From contig CALAUH010000082.1 of the NCBI GenBank assembly GCA_937892225.1, forward strand, positions 1 to 46,599: 46,599 nt of DNA, written 5' to 3'. The notes beneath the pieces are model-generated. The model did no database searches. It was not told where the DNA came from and saw nothing but the letters and a program-made list of their open reading frames with translations. The stretch comes from an uncultured Treponema sp. (GTDB lineage: Bacteria; Spirochaetota; Spirochaetia; Treponematales; Treponemataceae). Position 1 is the first letter of the stretch, and each line of letters opens with the position of its first letter. Below, piece by piece: positions 45,901-46,599 of this stretch. The translations under genes were made by a program, and so were the position numbers.

Positions 45901-46586
45901 GATACTTCTATTGCACATATAACAGGTCTTTTTTTATAAAACTGTTCTGTTATAATAATAATATGATTGTTTTCTTTATTTTTTAATATTGATAATGGTT
46001 TTGTTAATTGAATAGGAATATCATTTACTAAACTTACAGGCATATTATGATTATGACTTTTTTTTGAATTAACTTTTGTTAAAATCTTTCTCAAAATTTT
46101 AGGCTCAATAACAATTTTATCGTTTCTCATTTTTGAATATTTCTGTAAAATCGCAGGTGTTGATGGTAATACAGTAATCATAGAATTTTGAGTATACCCT
46201 CTTTCGATAAACTGTTTTATAGCATTAGTAAAATTCTGTTTATATTTTAATAATTCTTCATCTGTTATTTTCATCCACCTATGTACAATTTTCCCATTTT
46301 TATCTGTTGTTATTTCCAATGAACATTTATTTGTATCAACAGCCTTTTCAATATCTTCCTGATGTTCTAGTAGTTCCTCATTTGTAATTTTATAATCATC
46401 AAAATCACCACGAGCAAAGATATTAGAATTAGAGGGAAATTCCTCTAATTTCCCATTATTTCCCTTGTTTATACCATTATTTTGTAGTTTTTCTACAAAT
46501 TCAAGACTTAAATCCTTGTTTTTATCTGCTTTTAATTTCTGAGTTATTTCTTCAACTACTTCTTTTTTTGCTTTATATTTCTGCAT
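42933..46586 (-). CDS. Polyvalent MuF-like minor head protein: nuclease-like domain, inorganic-pyrophosphatase-like domain, MuF domain with intein
   Basis: ISIEN..GS.R.G, YGYI.GT...D.DHVD, DEDK InPase-like motifs; TCKKC and HPY/CRG MuF motifs; GAGGT RBS. Confidence 0.8.
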   Translation of the reverse strand: MQKYKAKKEVVEEITQKLKADKNKDLSLEFVEKLQNNGINKGNNGKLEEFPSNSNIFARGDFDDYKITNEELLEHQEDIEKAVDTNKCSLEITTDKNGKIVHRWMKITDEELLKYKQNFTNAIKQFIERGYTQNSMITVLPSTPAILQKYSKMRNDKIVIEPKILRKILTKVNSKKSHNHNMPVSLVNDIPIQLTKPLSILKNKENNHIIIITEQFYKKRPVICAIEVSKNIGNCITVNSLRSFHDKRIENCLTFIDSKEMLYEDKKKMEVLREYLHNKGSVSLKNPSKNVQFSAEQRAYSEKPFPNRNSIISYSQNMSSKINKSLTFSGYKLQGRTKLYGMDISIENKKGSYRKGVDSDGHKWKTLMHYDYGYIRGTIGTDSDHVDCYIGPDKKATKVYIIHQNNPVTHKYDEDKCMLCFSNSNEAKKAYMKQYDRPGFFGSMETMNIDEFKSFVFSKQGKKIHKSFDVKITDITEANKNKKIEQLQKSLNATYFNKPFVIKHIPDNDGSKKYGDITLRITDFDKSKIEKAVHKLAFSLDADLESSNFGEAFKYKAQEELTNNIVNEITKITNSVYEFVINYFDLPEIRILSKAYLTYKGKIVYNSETGKPIDKKDWNNFVKALEDFLNRNYKGIGKKIVLKGDSLGRILERLSKKMPMAKLTKLPLAEIKTENKTLDWISEDIKNMQDVFGETINRERAARIQIAVDSAAQKVTKVTDNMRNDIQQIIIDGIKNKESKSKVSQNLFDKCVGLNRDFQKIADTEIQNSVNNAYLKEEVYNAKEGEKVYFKRFEILDDNTCKKCKKIKDTVVLWSDIPLPDEKINDKYAKYAIWDGKDSGDIPNGVMHPYCYSDDTEVMTNNGWKLFKDVLDDDLIMSINPDTHEVDFLPFINKISYQYDGEMISFPGRNFDLLVTPNHNMLIEERKSKKWHGIKAEDLLNKMVFQIPRSQGIWKASNPETIKIGNIDYSYKQYIKLWAWYLSEGSGRKKSNNAYEIKLAQKNVNKILNDIPEFKDVVCIGKEALYFTGEIAKKFEQMFGIYAADKYIPDFIKNSNSDVIRDFLYSFNLGDGSKRNRENIKNNSLGIKKSHVFVVRTSSKKMADDLCELIIKAGWMPSIYITKQKGKEVMFRNGTYKLNTDCYVINICKSKNKVYSKQVNPGHPEFHLPYKLNYRGMVYDVELEKWHFLLVKRNGKCGWSGNCRGSWYRYYPDADKD
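42981..44036 (-). mobile_element. Intein (352 aa) with LAGLIDADG-type homing endonuclease motifs
   Basis: Starts CYSDDTEVMT; VTPNH block B; WYLSEGS and FNLGDGS; VYDVE block F; ends SGN followed by Cys+1; splicing restores HPYCRG. Confidence 0.92.
45629..45791 (+). ncRNA. Putative ~130-nt antisense RNA with promoter and terminator inside the MuF-fusion ORF
   Basis: TTGACA-16-TATTAT with extended TG; stems 45683-45703 and 45723-45784 followed by a T-run. Confidence 0.5.
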
Positions 46587-46599
46587 CTTCTTTTACCTC

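Overview
A very AT-rich segment of a temperate, contractile-tailed (myovirus-type) phage genome. The integrase sits mid-genome beside an apparently intact attP-like region, so the sequence probably represents the excised form. The host cannot be fixed from sequence alone; a spirochaete (Treponema-like) host is a weak impression only. Left to right: a fragmented C5 DNA methyltransferase locus with a heptamer repeat tract; a CI-like repressor with operators; a lysis cassette; a tyrosine integrase; a serine invertase with three silent tail-fibre-tip cassettes (shufflon); baseplate, tail, neck, capsid and protease genes; and an ~18 kb block of large 'polyvalent' head-region proteins (RelA/SpoT-like, partial beta-clamp, nuclease-like, DarB-like MTase-helicase, and a nuclease-InPase-MuF fusion with an intein). 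The most striking unexplained signals are: (1) a covarying bulged-G hairpin/terminator leader repeated before five late operons and the lysis cassette; (2) promoter-driven structured antisense RNAs embedded just after both nuclease-like domains; (3) the four-state tail-fibre shufflon; (4) a methyltransferase split by TAA-ATG-GCG exactly inside its catalytic Pro-Cys; (5) an RBS-bearing gene overprinted inside the DarB-like ORF; (6) a shared IEKA/KS processing motif. All domain calls come from motifs recognised by eye, not from database searches.
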